64,000 nucleotides of DNA from Ostrea edulis. Its lineage: Eukaryota. The translations under genes were made by a program, and so were the position numbers. Shown here piece by piece: positions 49,175 through 57,587 of the stretch (position 1 is the stretch's first letter; every line of letters starts with the position of its first letter). The notes below the pieces were generated by a model. That model was not told where the DNA came from. It saw only the letters and a program-made list of their open reading frames with translations, and made no database searches. The DNA lies in contig NC_079164.1 of NCBI RefSeq assembly GCF_947568905.1, positions 9,486,001-9,550,000 on the forward strand. The letters are read 5' to 3'.

Positions 49175-49213
49175 GGGATGTTTTCGAGGACGTCCGCGCT
49201 CTCGCCTTTTTAA
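49175..49213 (+). promoter_or_regulatory. Histone H4 site-II/HINFP-like promoter element, copy 2
   Basis: GGGATGTTTTCGAGGACGTCCGCGCT, containing ACGTCCGCG. Confidence 0.55.
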
Positions 49214-49265
49214 ACGAGCGCAACGTCAAAATCGGGCATTCCGATTTTTTAAAGGAACCAGAACC

Positions 49266-49562
49266 ATGAGCCGTAGAGTAGGACCAGACCCTACAGTGAA
49301 TGATTATTGTATCAAATGGGAGGAGGATTGGGAGCAAGAGATTGCCCCGCCGGCCTCACGGGAGGCTCTTCCCCCACCGCCCATGAGCCAGGATCTGCCC
49401 CCGCCAGAGGAAAACTGGGACGCAGAGTTAGAAGTGGTGCAACGGCCTCCGGGGAGATTGTTTTTTAAACACGGCTGGTTGCCCGTTTTTGTGTTTGACC
49501 ACGAGCAACCCCCGGAGGAGCAGAAAAAGAAGAGAAGAAAGAAGAAGAAGAACAGACAGTGA
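49266..49562 (+). CDS. Hypothetical 98-aa acidic/Pro-rich protein with a basic C-terminal NLS
   Basis: ACCATG start downstream of the repeated promoter; ends KKKRRKKKKNRQ. Confidence 0.6.
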   Translation: MSRRVGPDPTVNDYCIKWEEDWEQEIAPPASREALPPPPMSQDLPPPEENWDAELEVVQRPPGRLFFKHGWLPVFVFDHEQPPEEQKKKRRKKKKNRQ

Positions 49563-49673
49563 GGGGGACCGAGAAGAAAAGAAGAGAAGGAGAAGAGAAG
49601 AAGAGAAGGAGAAGAAGGAGAAGAGAGAAGAGAGAAGAAGAGAAAAGACCAAGAACAGAGAGAGAAAGAAAAC

Positions 49674-49694
49674 AGCCCTTTTCAGGGCTACCCA
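49674..49694 (+). terminator. Histone-type 3' stem-loop with compensatory A-U first pair
   Basis: AAAAC-AGCCCT-TTTC-AGGGCT-ACCCA; GAAAGA at 49703-49708. Confidence 0.85.
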
Positions 49695-49792
49695 TTCTTT
49701 TTGGAAAGACATGGTTGATTACAATGACAAGAAATTTTTTTTTTTCCAACGTTTTATTAAACTCCAACTATGAACAATAACAATAACATAGT

Positions 49793-50290
49793 TTACAATA
49801 CATTCAGTCTTTGACATTGACAAGTTTGTCCTTGATGGGTTCTCGGTTTACGGAAGGTCTCTTTAAACCAATCCGCCACAAAACGATCGCGTTGTAAGGC
49901 CGTGCCTTTCCAGGGAAGTAACCATTCTCGTACGGTGCTTCTATGGCGATGGCGTTGATGTAAAAAATACACACAGTATTGTCCACAGACATCCGTATTC
50001 AAATCTTGATAACAATGGGTGTTATGAATCCAAGTCTCTCCGTGGCGTTGAATAAAGTCTTGGATGTCTTTATGGCTGGGGGGTAATCCGTAAGAATCAA
50101 AATATTCGACGGTAGGGCTACTCAAATACAAACAGACCCAATGCGCTCCAGGGCGATCGTGAGGGTCTGTATTCACCACGATGGCTTTGTGATGAGGTAA
50201 CAGCTCAGGTATGACATCTCGAGGATACACACCTGCAAACGCCGGTCCTAAATCTCGTTGTAAAACATCTCTCAATTGCTGAGTATCCAT
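49793..50290 (-). CDS. Adenain-like cysteine protease (Polinton PRO)
   Basis: NTDPHDRPGAHWV, YFDSYG, YQ...DVCGQYC (His/Asp/Gln/Cys catalytic motifs). Confidence 0.93.
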   Translation of the reverse strand: MDTQQLRDVLQRDLGPAFAGVYPRDVIPELLPHHKAIVVNTDPHDRPGAHWVCLYLSSPTVEYFDSYGLPPSHKDIQDFIQRHGETWIHNTHCYQDLNTDVCGQYCVYFLHQRHRHRSTVREWLLPWKGTALQRDRFVADWFKETFRKPRTHQGQTCQCQRLNVL

Positions 50291-50297
50291 CTCTCTC

Positions 50298-51701
50298 TTA
50301 GTAATCGATGCTGACTTCTCGTTGTTTGTTGATTTCTAGCAGATTGTCGAACACGGCATACACCACACAGTTTAAGGTCCTGGCTACGTTGGCGGCAAAT
50401 TGCACTTCCACTCTCAAGTTCCCCGTCTGTATGAGATGAAATTTATCCGTCTGGGCTTCTTGATCTTTCGTGAAATCCACACACCAGAGGGTGTAACCGT
50501 TTTTATACTCTTCTAGGGTAATGTCCGGAGCCCAGTCCTGACCTAATTTTCCCAAGCCTTTGTACAGACTCAAATACGATCTCAGGTACTGATCGTCGGT
50601 GAAATTAGGTTCCAAAGGTCGGGTTTCCATCATTTCTCCATTGATACTGATTTCTAATTTCTTGACTCTCTCATTTTGGAAATGAAAGGGGTTTCTGGTA
50701 TTATCCCCATTAAAAGCCGCATTGTCCACAAAACCCAACACGATCAGTTTAGGCATCTGTCCTTGAAACAGATGATCGGTGATTTTAGATTGGGTGCCAC
50801 TAGGAATGGTGAAGGTTTTCACTTCCACTCGTCTCAATGGATATTTCGCCGTTTGAGTACTCAGTTGCTGATTGATGAGATTAATGATACTCGGCACAGG
50901 TTTGACTTTCCTCACCCACAAGATCATACTTTGAATGACCACTTTCCCACTACTCCCGGCAGCGGTCATCATGTAGAACTGGGGTCGAGCGCGATTGAAT
51001 CTGAGACGGACATCCAAACCATTAGGGAGACATTTCTCTTGCTCAAACAAATCCAGATGTAATCGATCCATCAACACGATCTCCTTACTGTCTGTAATCT
51101 TCTCGTGACGTTTTCTCAACCCTACATTCTTGGAATCATCCGGATACTCGGGAGTCGGGATGACGGCCGCGATGCTGATTTTGTTATTCAGTACTGGAAA
51201 TTCCACAGGAGTTTGAGCCAGAGCTTCTAATTTGACCTCATCCATATGTCCTGCCGTATCTTTTTCCCACAAGCTACAGGCTCTCATCTGGGTTTCCAGA
51301 GTCTTGGGTGCATAAGACAACAATTTCTCCAGATACGCTTTGTAGGGATAAGTATCCGTCCCCGGGGTAATGACTTTTCCATTGAGACTGACATCGATTT
51401 CACTGAACAAGGAATGGAGAATGTTATTCACGGGGGTGGAGGTCGAATGGCCTCCTGCGAGATTCGTTCCATTGGCTTTCGTGAATTTACAGACCATCTG
51501 GAGATAAGTTTGGGATAAATCCAGATATTCATCTCCTTGTCCTTTGATTTCAAATTCAATCGGAGCCGTATCCGAGTTGAGGGTACTGGAAATGGGGTAA
51601 TATTCCATCCATTTCGAATCTTCTAAAGTGACGTTGGTCGGGGGCACTTTAAACAGTTCTAAACTGCTGGTACCACAAGCGCAAGATTCTCTGTGCATCA
51701 T
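50298..51701 (-). CDS. Double jelly-roll major capsid protein
   Basis: 467 aa; [52 protein letters not shown] are typical Polinton MCP motifs. Confidence 0.92.
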   Translation of the reverse strand: MMHRESCACGTSSLELFKVPPTNVTLEDSKWMEYYPISSTLNSDTAPIEFEIKGQGDEYLDLSQTYLQMVCKFTKANGTNLAGGHSTSTPVNNILHSLFSEIDVSLNGKVITPGTDTYPYKAYLEKLLSYAPKTLETQMRACSLWEKDTAGHMDEVKLEALAQTPVEFPVLNNKISIAAVIPTPEYPDDSKNVGLRKRHEKITDSKEIVLMDRLHLDLFEQEKCLPNGLDVRLRFNRARPQFYMMTAAGSSGKVVIQSMILWVRKVKPVPSIINLINQQLSTQTAKYPLRRVEVKTFTIPSGTQSKITDHLFQGQMPKLIVLGFVDNAAFNGDNTRNPFHFQNERVKKLEISINGEMMETRPLEPNFTDDQYLRSYLSLYKGLGKLGQDWAPDITLEEYKNGYTLWCVDFTKDQEAQTDKFHLIQTGNLRVEVQFAANVARTLNCVVYAVFDNLLEINKQREVSIDY

Positions 51702-51780
51702 ATTGGAACGATGTGTTACTCAGCGTGAACTGGGATCAAATGTGTTCTGGTCTCCTTCTCACTCCCTTTTTATAGGGTTC

Positions 51781-52473
51781 TCAGTCGAAAATATCCAGAG
51801 AGCGTTTTGGCTTACCCCTTTTCACTAGCTTCCTACCTCCCTTCCTAGATCGCTTCCTAGGTTGCTTCCTAGGTCTCTTATGAGGCCCTCCCCGAGCTAA
51901 GATACGTTGTTTTCTTTTAACAAATCCTTTTCCTTCCTGTATTCCCACCTGTTTTCCCACCTGTTTTCTTTTGAGGGTCGTGGTTCCAGGCTTCCTGAGT
52001 ATTCCTGTGCGTGCTTTTCTTCCTCGTTTGGATGGGGCTTTTCGAGATCTTCGCCTACGGGCATACCCTGCTGTCTCTTTCAGGGCTTGGGCACCGTGTG
52101 TCTTGAGAGCGTCTTTGAGTGATCGTTTATTATCTAACACATCCATCCCTGTTTTAGCAGCAGCCTTTAAGGCACTTTTAGCCCCCGATTTGAGTAAATC
52201 GGTGAAAAATCCTTTTCCCTTCTGCTTTTCAGATTCTGGATCATATTCTTCTGTTGGATGGCTTCTACGTCGTCTCCTCCGATAAGAGCGATAAGGGCGG
52301 TCGTAATCATAATATCTCTCTTGATAGACAGGACGTTGTTGTTGTTGTTGCTGTTGTGCGGGGGCTCCACCTAATAATCCACTGATCAGGGGACCCGCCA
52401 CTTTGCTGGCTATTCCCAGCAGGGCTCCAAGCCCGTGACCCTGCTGCCGTATTAAACCTTTATGGTAGTGCAT
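51781..52473 (-). CDS. Basic virion core / membrane-active protein (pVI/pVII-like)
   Basis: Three QxGxG motifs followed by amphipathic segments; Arg/Lys-rich C-terminal half. Confidence 0.65.
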   Translation of the reverse strand: MHYHKGLIRQQGHGLGALLGIASKVAGPLISGLLGGAPAQQQQQQQRPVYQERYYDYDRPYRSYRRRRRRSHPTEEYDPESEKQKGKGFFTDLLKSGAKSALKAAAKTGMDVLDNKRSLKDALKTHGAQALKETAGYARRRRSRKAPSKRGRKARTGILRKPGTTTLKRKQVGKQVGIQEGKGFVKRKQRILARGGPHKRPRKQPRKRSRKGGRKLVKRGKPKRSLDIFD

Positions 52474-52500
52474 CTTGATGTAAATGAACTTCGTTAGGGG

Positions 52501-52644
52501 TTACACCCGCTTTTTATACTTTTTACGCCGTCTCTTTCTCTTCTTTCCTTGGCCCGCTTGACCCACAATGGCATTGGCAATCCACGGAATGAGAAACCAG
52601 ATTCCGTGTCCTTTCTGGCGTCTGACTCCTCGATGGTACTTCAT
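52501..52644 (-). CDS. 47-aa pX/mu-like core protein (below the ORF track cutoff)
   Basis: MKYHRGVRRQKGHGIWFLIPWIANAIVGQAGQGKKRKRRRKKYKKRV*; exactly fills the gap between mCP and the 230-aa gene. Confidence 0.7.
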   Translation of the reverse strand: MKYHRGVRRQKGHGIWFLIPWIANAIVGQAGQGKKRKRRRKKYKKRV

Positions 52645-52647
52645 CTT

Positions 52648-53643
52648 TCAATACACTTTGCGGAAATGAAGTTTGACTAAGGAGCGCCCATTTAAAAACC
52701 CCATAGGACGCCCTAAAGAATTCATGATGTGTACCTCAATGGTATCGAAATATTTCTTACTCAGTTTCAAATATTCGGCTCGAATCGGTTCCCAACGGGC
52801 TTGTTGTCGATCGTCGTATTGACCCGTACAGGGGACGACTCTCAATAATTTCAATTTGTTGGTGCCCACCACTTGAGGATCCACAATGTCACAATACACA
52901 TACATGGCTTTCAGATTGTCGTAGACATCCATGGTCGTGTTCCCCAAGTAATTCACGTTGATCCATTTCGTCATGGTTTCATCGCCCAGGATCATTTTGT
53001 CACTATCCAGACCTAGCTTGTACGCTAAGGGTGTAGGGAAACGAATGCACATGGGGGTGGTTCTCAGTGCTTTCCCATTAAACTGATACTCGACACGATC
53101 GTACTCGGGGTGATACACTAAGATCTGGTTGTTCCCCTCGTCGTTAGGATTCCCTAACTCACTCCATACTTTCCACAGGGTTCTCCTTAAGGCTGCGTTG
53201 ATTTCATTGATTAACGCCAAAGGTTGTGTATAAGCTCCGGGTCGGAAGTGAATGCGAATGATATCGAAGGGAAATAAACTATCCCCTCCCGCAAAGAGAT
53301 GGGACCATGGCGTCAGATCCCAGGGGACCACCACCTCACACCTGGCCATCGTGACTTTACCCATATTCTCTGTCTTAAATCTTTCCCATTTATAAGTGTT
53401 GGGATCTTGGACATGTTTCGTATACGGATCTGGAATGAGAACGTCCACATAAGCCTCGCTATCCGATACGTTTTGTAAGTTGGCCGAGTACATCATTTCG
53501 GTCAATCCGACTTCCCATGCTCCATCCGTTAAGTCCATGGTGTGTGGCAATAACGTTTTAAATTGAGCAGTCGTATTCGTCGGAAACGATTCCATCGAAC
53601 CATCACTCAACAGAGTCATGTAAAACCCTTCTCCTCCAGCCAT
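52648..53643 (-). CDS. Minor capsid (penton-like) protein
   Basis: FYMTLLSDGSMESFPTNT, WEVGLTE, MYVYCDIVDPQVVG, LLRVVP, LHFRK; TATAAATA 38 nt upstream. Confidence 0.88.
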   Translation of the reverse strand: MAGGEGFYMTLLSDGSMESFPTNTTAQFKTLLPHTMDLTDGAWEVGLTEMMYSANLQNVSDSEAYVDVLIPDPYTKHVQDPNTYKWERFKTENMGKVTMARCEVVVPWDLTPWSHLFAGGDSLFPFDIIRIHFRPGAYTQPLALINEINAALRRTLWKVWSELGNPNDEGNNQILVYHPEYDRVEYQFNGKALRTTPMCIRFPTPLAYKLGLDSDKMILGDETMTKWINVNYLGNTTMDVYDNLKAMYVYCDIVDPQVVGTNKLKLLRVVPCTGQYDDRQQARWEPIRAEYLKLSKKYFDTIEVHIMNSLGRPMGFLNGRSLVKLHFRKVY

Positions 53644-53765
53644 GATGTCTTAAATGAGCCCCTGTCTCTGTTTCCTTCTCTATTTATACACAACACCGTT
53701 TTGTTTTTTCACAATTTTTTATTTGAAACAACATACAACATAATGTTAATACACAATTTTACATG

Positions 53766-54218
53766 TCATTCTTCTTGATCGCGGCCACCACCACCCCACA
53801 TCAACGCATCCGAGTCTTCCAACTCTAGTGTTCGTCTCGGGACTAAGCGTCGTCGCATCACCAGATAGTGTCGGGTTCCCCAGCAATCGGCTACATCATA
53901 ACCTTCATTGATCATGTCTTTGAAATGTCGGAGACAGTCCTCGGAATGGTCAAACCAAGGACTCTCATTTAAGGTCCAATCGGATTCGTCTTGTCGTCCC
54001 ATCAATCCCCAGAAGGCTTTGACTTTCCAGCGAAACTCTTGATACTTGGTCTTCATGATAAAGGCTGACCATCCGTGAGGTATCAGTATACGTTTGTACA
54101 AGTACACAGGATGCGTGGACGTTTTGTGTTGTTTACAATGCATCAAACACATCTGCTTATCCGCAAACCATGCCGTTTTCTTTCCCTCTTGTTTCCAGGC
54201 GTACTGTGTGTTAGCCAT
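53766..54218 (-). CDS. Hypothetical 150-aa protein with a twofold WF-x5-CL-x-H repeat
   Basis: WFADKQMCLMH and WFDHSEDCLRH; TATAAAA 35 nt upstream. Confidence 0.6.
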   Translation of the reverse strand: MANTQYAWKQEGKKTAWFADKQMCLMHCKQHKTSTHPVYLYKRILIPHGWSAFIMKTKYQEFRWKVKAFWGLMGRQDESDWTLNESPWFDHSEDCLRHFKDMINEGYDVADCWGTRHYLVMRRRLVPRRTLELEDSDALMWGGGGRDQEE

Positions 54219-54498
54219 GGTGAACTGATGAATCTGAAGAAGATCGTTCCTGTTTTATACTCGGGCTCGCTAACGTCATTTGTGGACTAGGCATGACGTA
54301 GCCCACCAAAGAACTTAAGGTCACCATCCAAAAATCGCGATTGGGATCGCCTAAGGCTAACATGACGACCGAAGTGATAATGATGGTTAAACACAGGAAT
54401 AATTGTGCAAAATACACAATTTCTGCTCGAGGGACTTTTTCACCCAAGAAAGTCCACTGGTTGGTCATGGCCGAATGAGATCCGCTTGCGGAATCCAT
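54211..54498 (-). CDS. Small protein with two predicted TM helices
   Basis: IVYFAQLFLCLTIIITSVVMLALG and FWMVTLSSLVGYVMP. Confidence 0.65.
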   Translation of the reverse strand: MDSASGSHSAMTNQWTFLGEKVPRAEIVYFAQLFLCLTIIITSVVMLALGDPNRDFWMVTLSSLVGYVMPSPQMTLASPSIKQERSSSDSSVHHG

Positions 54499-55550
54499 GA
54501 ATCAAAACTGGGAGGATATCCTTTCCAACGCACTTTGACTTCTGAAATGACTTTTTTTCCCACACGCCGCTTTTTATACCCTAAGATTTCTTCCACTTCA
54601 TAGACATCATCGTCTTTAATCACTTGTTGTAATTCCTTCTCGTAAAACGTTCCTTCTAATTCTTCCCCGTGATCATCTTGAATACGATAGACGTTTCGTC
54701 CTGGCACTTTTCTAGAGATGGTAAACAGTTCTTTGGTCCAATTCGGTAAATATCCTTTTTCAAACGTACGTTTGGCTTTACTAATGCGTACACGATCCCC
54801 CACTTGCAAGCGACTCGTGGTATCGGCACTCTGTTTTCCATACAAGGTTTTCCATACGGTCAAGACATTCTTGGCATTGACTTGAGCAGGAGCTCGCCGG
54901 ATACTGCGATGATAGGTATGATTGTAACCATACACCAGATCCCCCAAGACATCGACATACCGTCGTGTTTTATGACGTGTAAAATACCGCCACATGCGTG
55001 CTTTCAGCGTGCGTTGAAAACGTTCCACAATACTGGCTTTGGTTTCGGCATTACGGGTCGTAAAGAAATGAATGGATTTGAAGGCTTGACGAAATTCTTT
55101 ATTGGTAAATTCTTTTCCTTGATCGGACTGAATGCGCACGGGGCGACGTCCCTCTCGAAAAATCCGTCGTAAGCCTCGTATCATTTCTTTCCCCGTTTTC
55201 TGTTTTAAAGGCACGACCCAGGCATATTTAGACAGCACGTCAATGGCACATAATAAAAACGTATACCCATTATTGTCTTGTTTCAAGCTGGAGACATCGG
55301 CTAAATCTAATTGCCATTGTTCATCCATATCCGTCACTCGTGTTTGTCGTCGCTTGAATTTCCTCCGTATCGGTTTATGCAAGGTATAGGTATCTTGAGC
55401 TTTCACCCATTCTCGAATTTGAGACAGGGTAATCTTGTGTCCTAATTGACGCACTTGACGATACAACGCCTGGACTCCCCCATACCCTGTCTTGGGATCG
55501 TAATACAGTCGCTGTAAGATCTGTTCTGCTTTCATGGTAGATTTAACCAT
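54465..55550 (-). CDS. Retroviral-type (RVE/DDE) integrase with C-terminal chromodomain
   Basis: QWQLDLAD, IQSDQGKEF, ASIVERFQRTLK; YEVEEIL...VRWKGYPPSFDSWIP. Confidence 0.95.
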   Translation of the reverse strand: MVKSTMKAEQILQRLYYDPKTGYGGVQALYRQVRQLGHKITLSQIREWVKAQDTYTLHKPIRRKFKRRQTRVTDMDEQWQLDLADVSSLKQDNNGYTFLLCAIDVLSKYAWVVPLKQKTGKEMIRGLRRIFREGRRPVRIQSDQGKEFTNKEFRQAFKSIHFFTTRNAETKASIVERFQRTLKARMWRYFTRHKTRRYVDVLGDLVYGYNHTYHRSIRRAPAQVNAKNVLTVWKTLYGKQSADTTSRLQVGDRVRISKAKRTFEKGYLPNWTKELFTISRKVPGRNVYRIQDDHGEELEGTFYEKELQQVIKDDDVYEVEEILGYKKRRVGKKVISEVKVRWKGYPPSFDSWIPQADLIRP

Positions 55551-56299
55551 TTTCCAATTTCACGTGATGTCTTTTTACTGGCCTCCCAGATATTTTTAGG
55601 GGTCATCATTCGTCTGGGAGTTTCATAGAACGATTGGTCAAAACCAGAGATTTCTTGAAATCCGCTCTCCTCTTCCTCTAGAGGTCTAGGCGTACTGATT
55701 TTCCCTGGTTTGTCCATGGCTTTTATAACATCCCGATTGTTCACATATCCTTTGGGAGCATGAGTCTCTTTTAACGCTTGAGCAAATTCCTCTAATCCCG
55801 CGGGGGGATCACGATGTCTTAAGGGTCTTTGTCGTTGGGCTTCGGTCATTAAATCCACAATATTGGAATCGGGAACCCTACGTCCTCTATAGCTGATTTC
55901 TCCTTCTTTATTCCAAGTCACCACTTTGGATTTCTTGAGATGATCGAGTAATAAACCTGCTTTCTTTCGACCCGGTTTATTGACGCTTTTGATAATCTGT
56001 TCCTCCAAGTCATCGGATGCTGAGGCGGCTGTGGGTGTTGAGGCGGCACTGGTTGCAGTGGTTGGGGAGGATAGAGTCGCTGGGGTGGGATGTCGAGCTT
56101 GTTGTAAATATTGACGATAGCGATGAAGTTGATGACCGTACAACCCCACTTTTTCTTTCTCGGTTAAATCATCTCGATGTTCAATCTCGTCCAAATCACT
56201 GCGTAAACCAATAGTCGAGGTAAATTCGGGAGGTTTAGGTAATTTGCCTTTTAATTCGTTGAGCATCGCTTCCGGTACCAATACCATTTTTCGACTCAT
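55532..56299 (-). CDS. Conserved Polinton-type protein of unknown function
   Basis: MSRKMVLVP start and WNKEGEISYRG..VPDSNIVDL motif; overlaps both neighbours. Confidence 0.7.
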   Translation of the reverse strand: MSRKMVLVPEAMLNELKGKLPKPPEFTSTIGLRSDLDEIEHRDDLTEKEKVGLYGHQLHRYRQYLQQARHPTPATLSSPTTATSAASTPTAASASDDLEEQIIKSVNKPGRKKAGLLLDHLKKSKVVTWNKEGEISYRGRRVPDSNIVDLMTEAQRQRPLRHRDPPAGLEEFAQALKETHAPKGYVNNRDVIKAMDKPGKISTPRPLEEEESGFQEISGFDQSFYETPRRMMTPKNIWEASKKTSREIGKWLNLP

Positions 56300-56625
56300 G
56301 ATTTCTTACAAATCTTGCCACACACAAACGAACCCAATCCTTTTTGGTGGATGAGTATACCTCGTCGTTTTTTCACGGGTTGAGTCCGGACTAAGCGTCT
56401 TAAGATGTGTTTCTTTCGACCCAGTTGTCGCTTCTGAGTAGGATTGAGAGGAATCACCCCTTTTAATAGATTGTACACAATCTCACAAATCTTTAAAATG
56501 CAGTCATTGGAACAATGTTTCAACACCTCTGTCTTTAATTTGCTGGAATAGTGAGGAGCCGCTAACGTCTGCAAGAGCGGTAAATGAGGGCGTAATCGAC
56601 ATTCACACTTCTTCGTATGAGCCAT
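56296..56625 (-). CDS. Basic Polinton-type core protein (109 aa)
   Basis: ICEIVYNLLKGVIPL...KRRGILIHQKGLG; similar to the N-terminal part of the 302-aa ORF; TATAAAA 33 nt upstream. Confidence 0.7.
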   Translation of the reverse strand: MAHTKKCECRLRPHLPLLQTLAAPHYSSKLKTEVLKHCSNDCILKICEIVYNLLKGVIPLNPTQKRQLGRKKHILRRLVRTQPVKKRRGILIHQKGLGSFVCGKICKKS

Positions 56626-56665
56626 GGTAATGAAGGGTGGGGTCCCTTACCCCTCCTTTTTATAC

Positions 56666-57574
56666 CTAGTCCAGGACAATGGCACTCGGATGTTTAGGAT
56701 CAAAACGCTTGTGATGGACGGTCTCTTCGTGACGATTGCGGTTCTCTCTCGCATTGAAGACCAGAGGGCAAAATTTACATTTATATTTCTTTTGCACCTG
56801 AACCGGTGTTGAGGTGGTTAAGGGTTGAAATTTCATGCTTCCAAAGGTATGAGCAAAACTCGGTAGAGCAGTATCACTGGTTCTGGAACTTCCTATAGGC
56901 CCATGCATGGGTCGTTCCATTTTCTTTTGAGCTAATCCGGCTTTCAGATTGGCTAACGTTTTAGTGGCCTTGGGGGGAGTGGCCTTGGGAAACGGCATCT
57001 TCACAATGAGAGGGGTTTTCTTTGGAGCCCAATTGGGAAACGGATTCTTCATCCTGAGAGGTGTCTTCTTAGGGGATTTCTTAGGGGACTTCTTAGGTGT
57101 CTTCTTAGGTAAGCGAATAATGAGTTTAGGAATTCTCTGAGGTGATTTTTTAGCTTTCTTAGCCCGTGGTTTCTTGGTTTTCTTGGGTTGTCCCCCACGG
57201 GGCTTACGGCCTGTTTCCCATTTGAATAAATGACGGATAATGGTCCCTCCTAAGAATCCGGCGCCTCCTCGTTTCAAAATGGCTTTTTTACGCTCTTCTT
57301 CATTGGACTTCTTATCGGCAATGACACTCAAGTCTTGGCGATGGGATTGAATGAACCGCTGAGTGATTTTATTGCCTGGTAAGACGCCTCGCAATAAATT
57401 TCGAGCGCCCATCGCAAACCAGTTGAGTAAGGCTCTACGTCCTAATTCAATGAGATGGCTCCGTTGAACGGGATCCCGTTCCCGTTGTAAACGGCGTAAC
57501 GTTTTGACTAATTTACTCTTCGCGGAAGGTCTACCCATGATGAAGACTGTCTTTCGAATGATACACCTGCCCAT
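56666..57574 (-). CDS. Basic protein with H1-like SPKK/TPKK repeats and a C2H2 finger (start may be the ATG at 57538)
   Basis: KKTPKKSPKKSPKKTP; YKCKFCPLVFNARENRNRHEETVH; TATA at 57592-57585 favours 57538. Confidence 0.75.
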   Translation of the reverse strand: MGRCIIRKTVFIMGRPSAKSKLVKTLRRLQRERDPVQRSHLIELGRRALLNWFAMGARNLLRGVLPGNKITQRFIQSHRQDLSVIADKKSNEEERKKAILKRGGAGFLGGTIIRHLFKWETGRKPRGGQPKKTKKPRAKKAKKSPQRIPKLIIRLPKKTPKKSPKKSPKKTPLRMKNPFPNWAPKKTPLIVKMPFPKATPPKATKTLANLKAGLAQKKMERPMHGPIGSSRTSDTALPSFAHTFGSMKFQPLTTSTPVQVQKKYKCKFCPLVFNARENRNRHEETVHHKRFDPKHPSAIVLD

Positions 57575-57587
57575 GATGTGACATTAT

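Noticed and set aside
49428-49780. Four extra ORFs over the purine-rich tract
   Set aside because: Open only because of low-complexity composition; no convincing start context.
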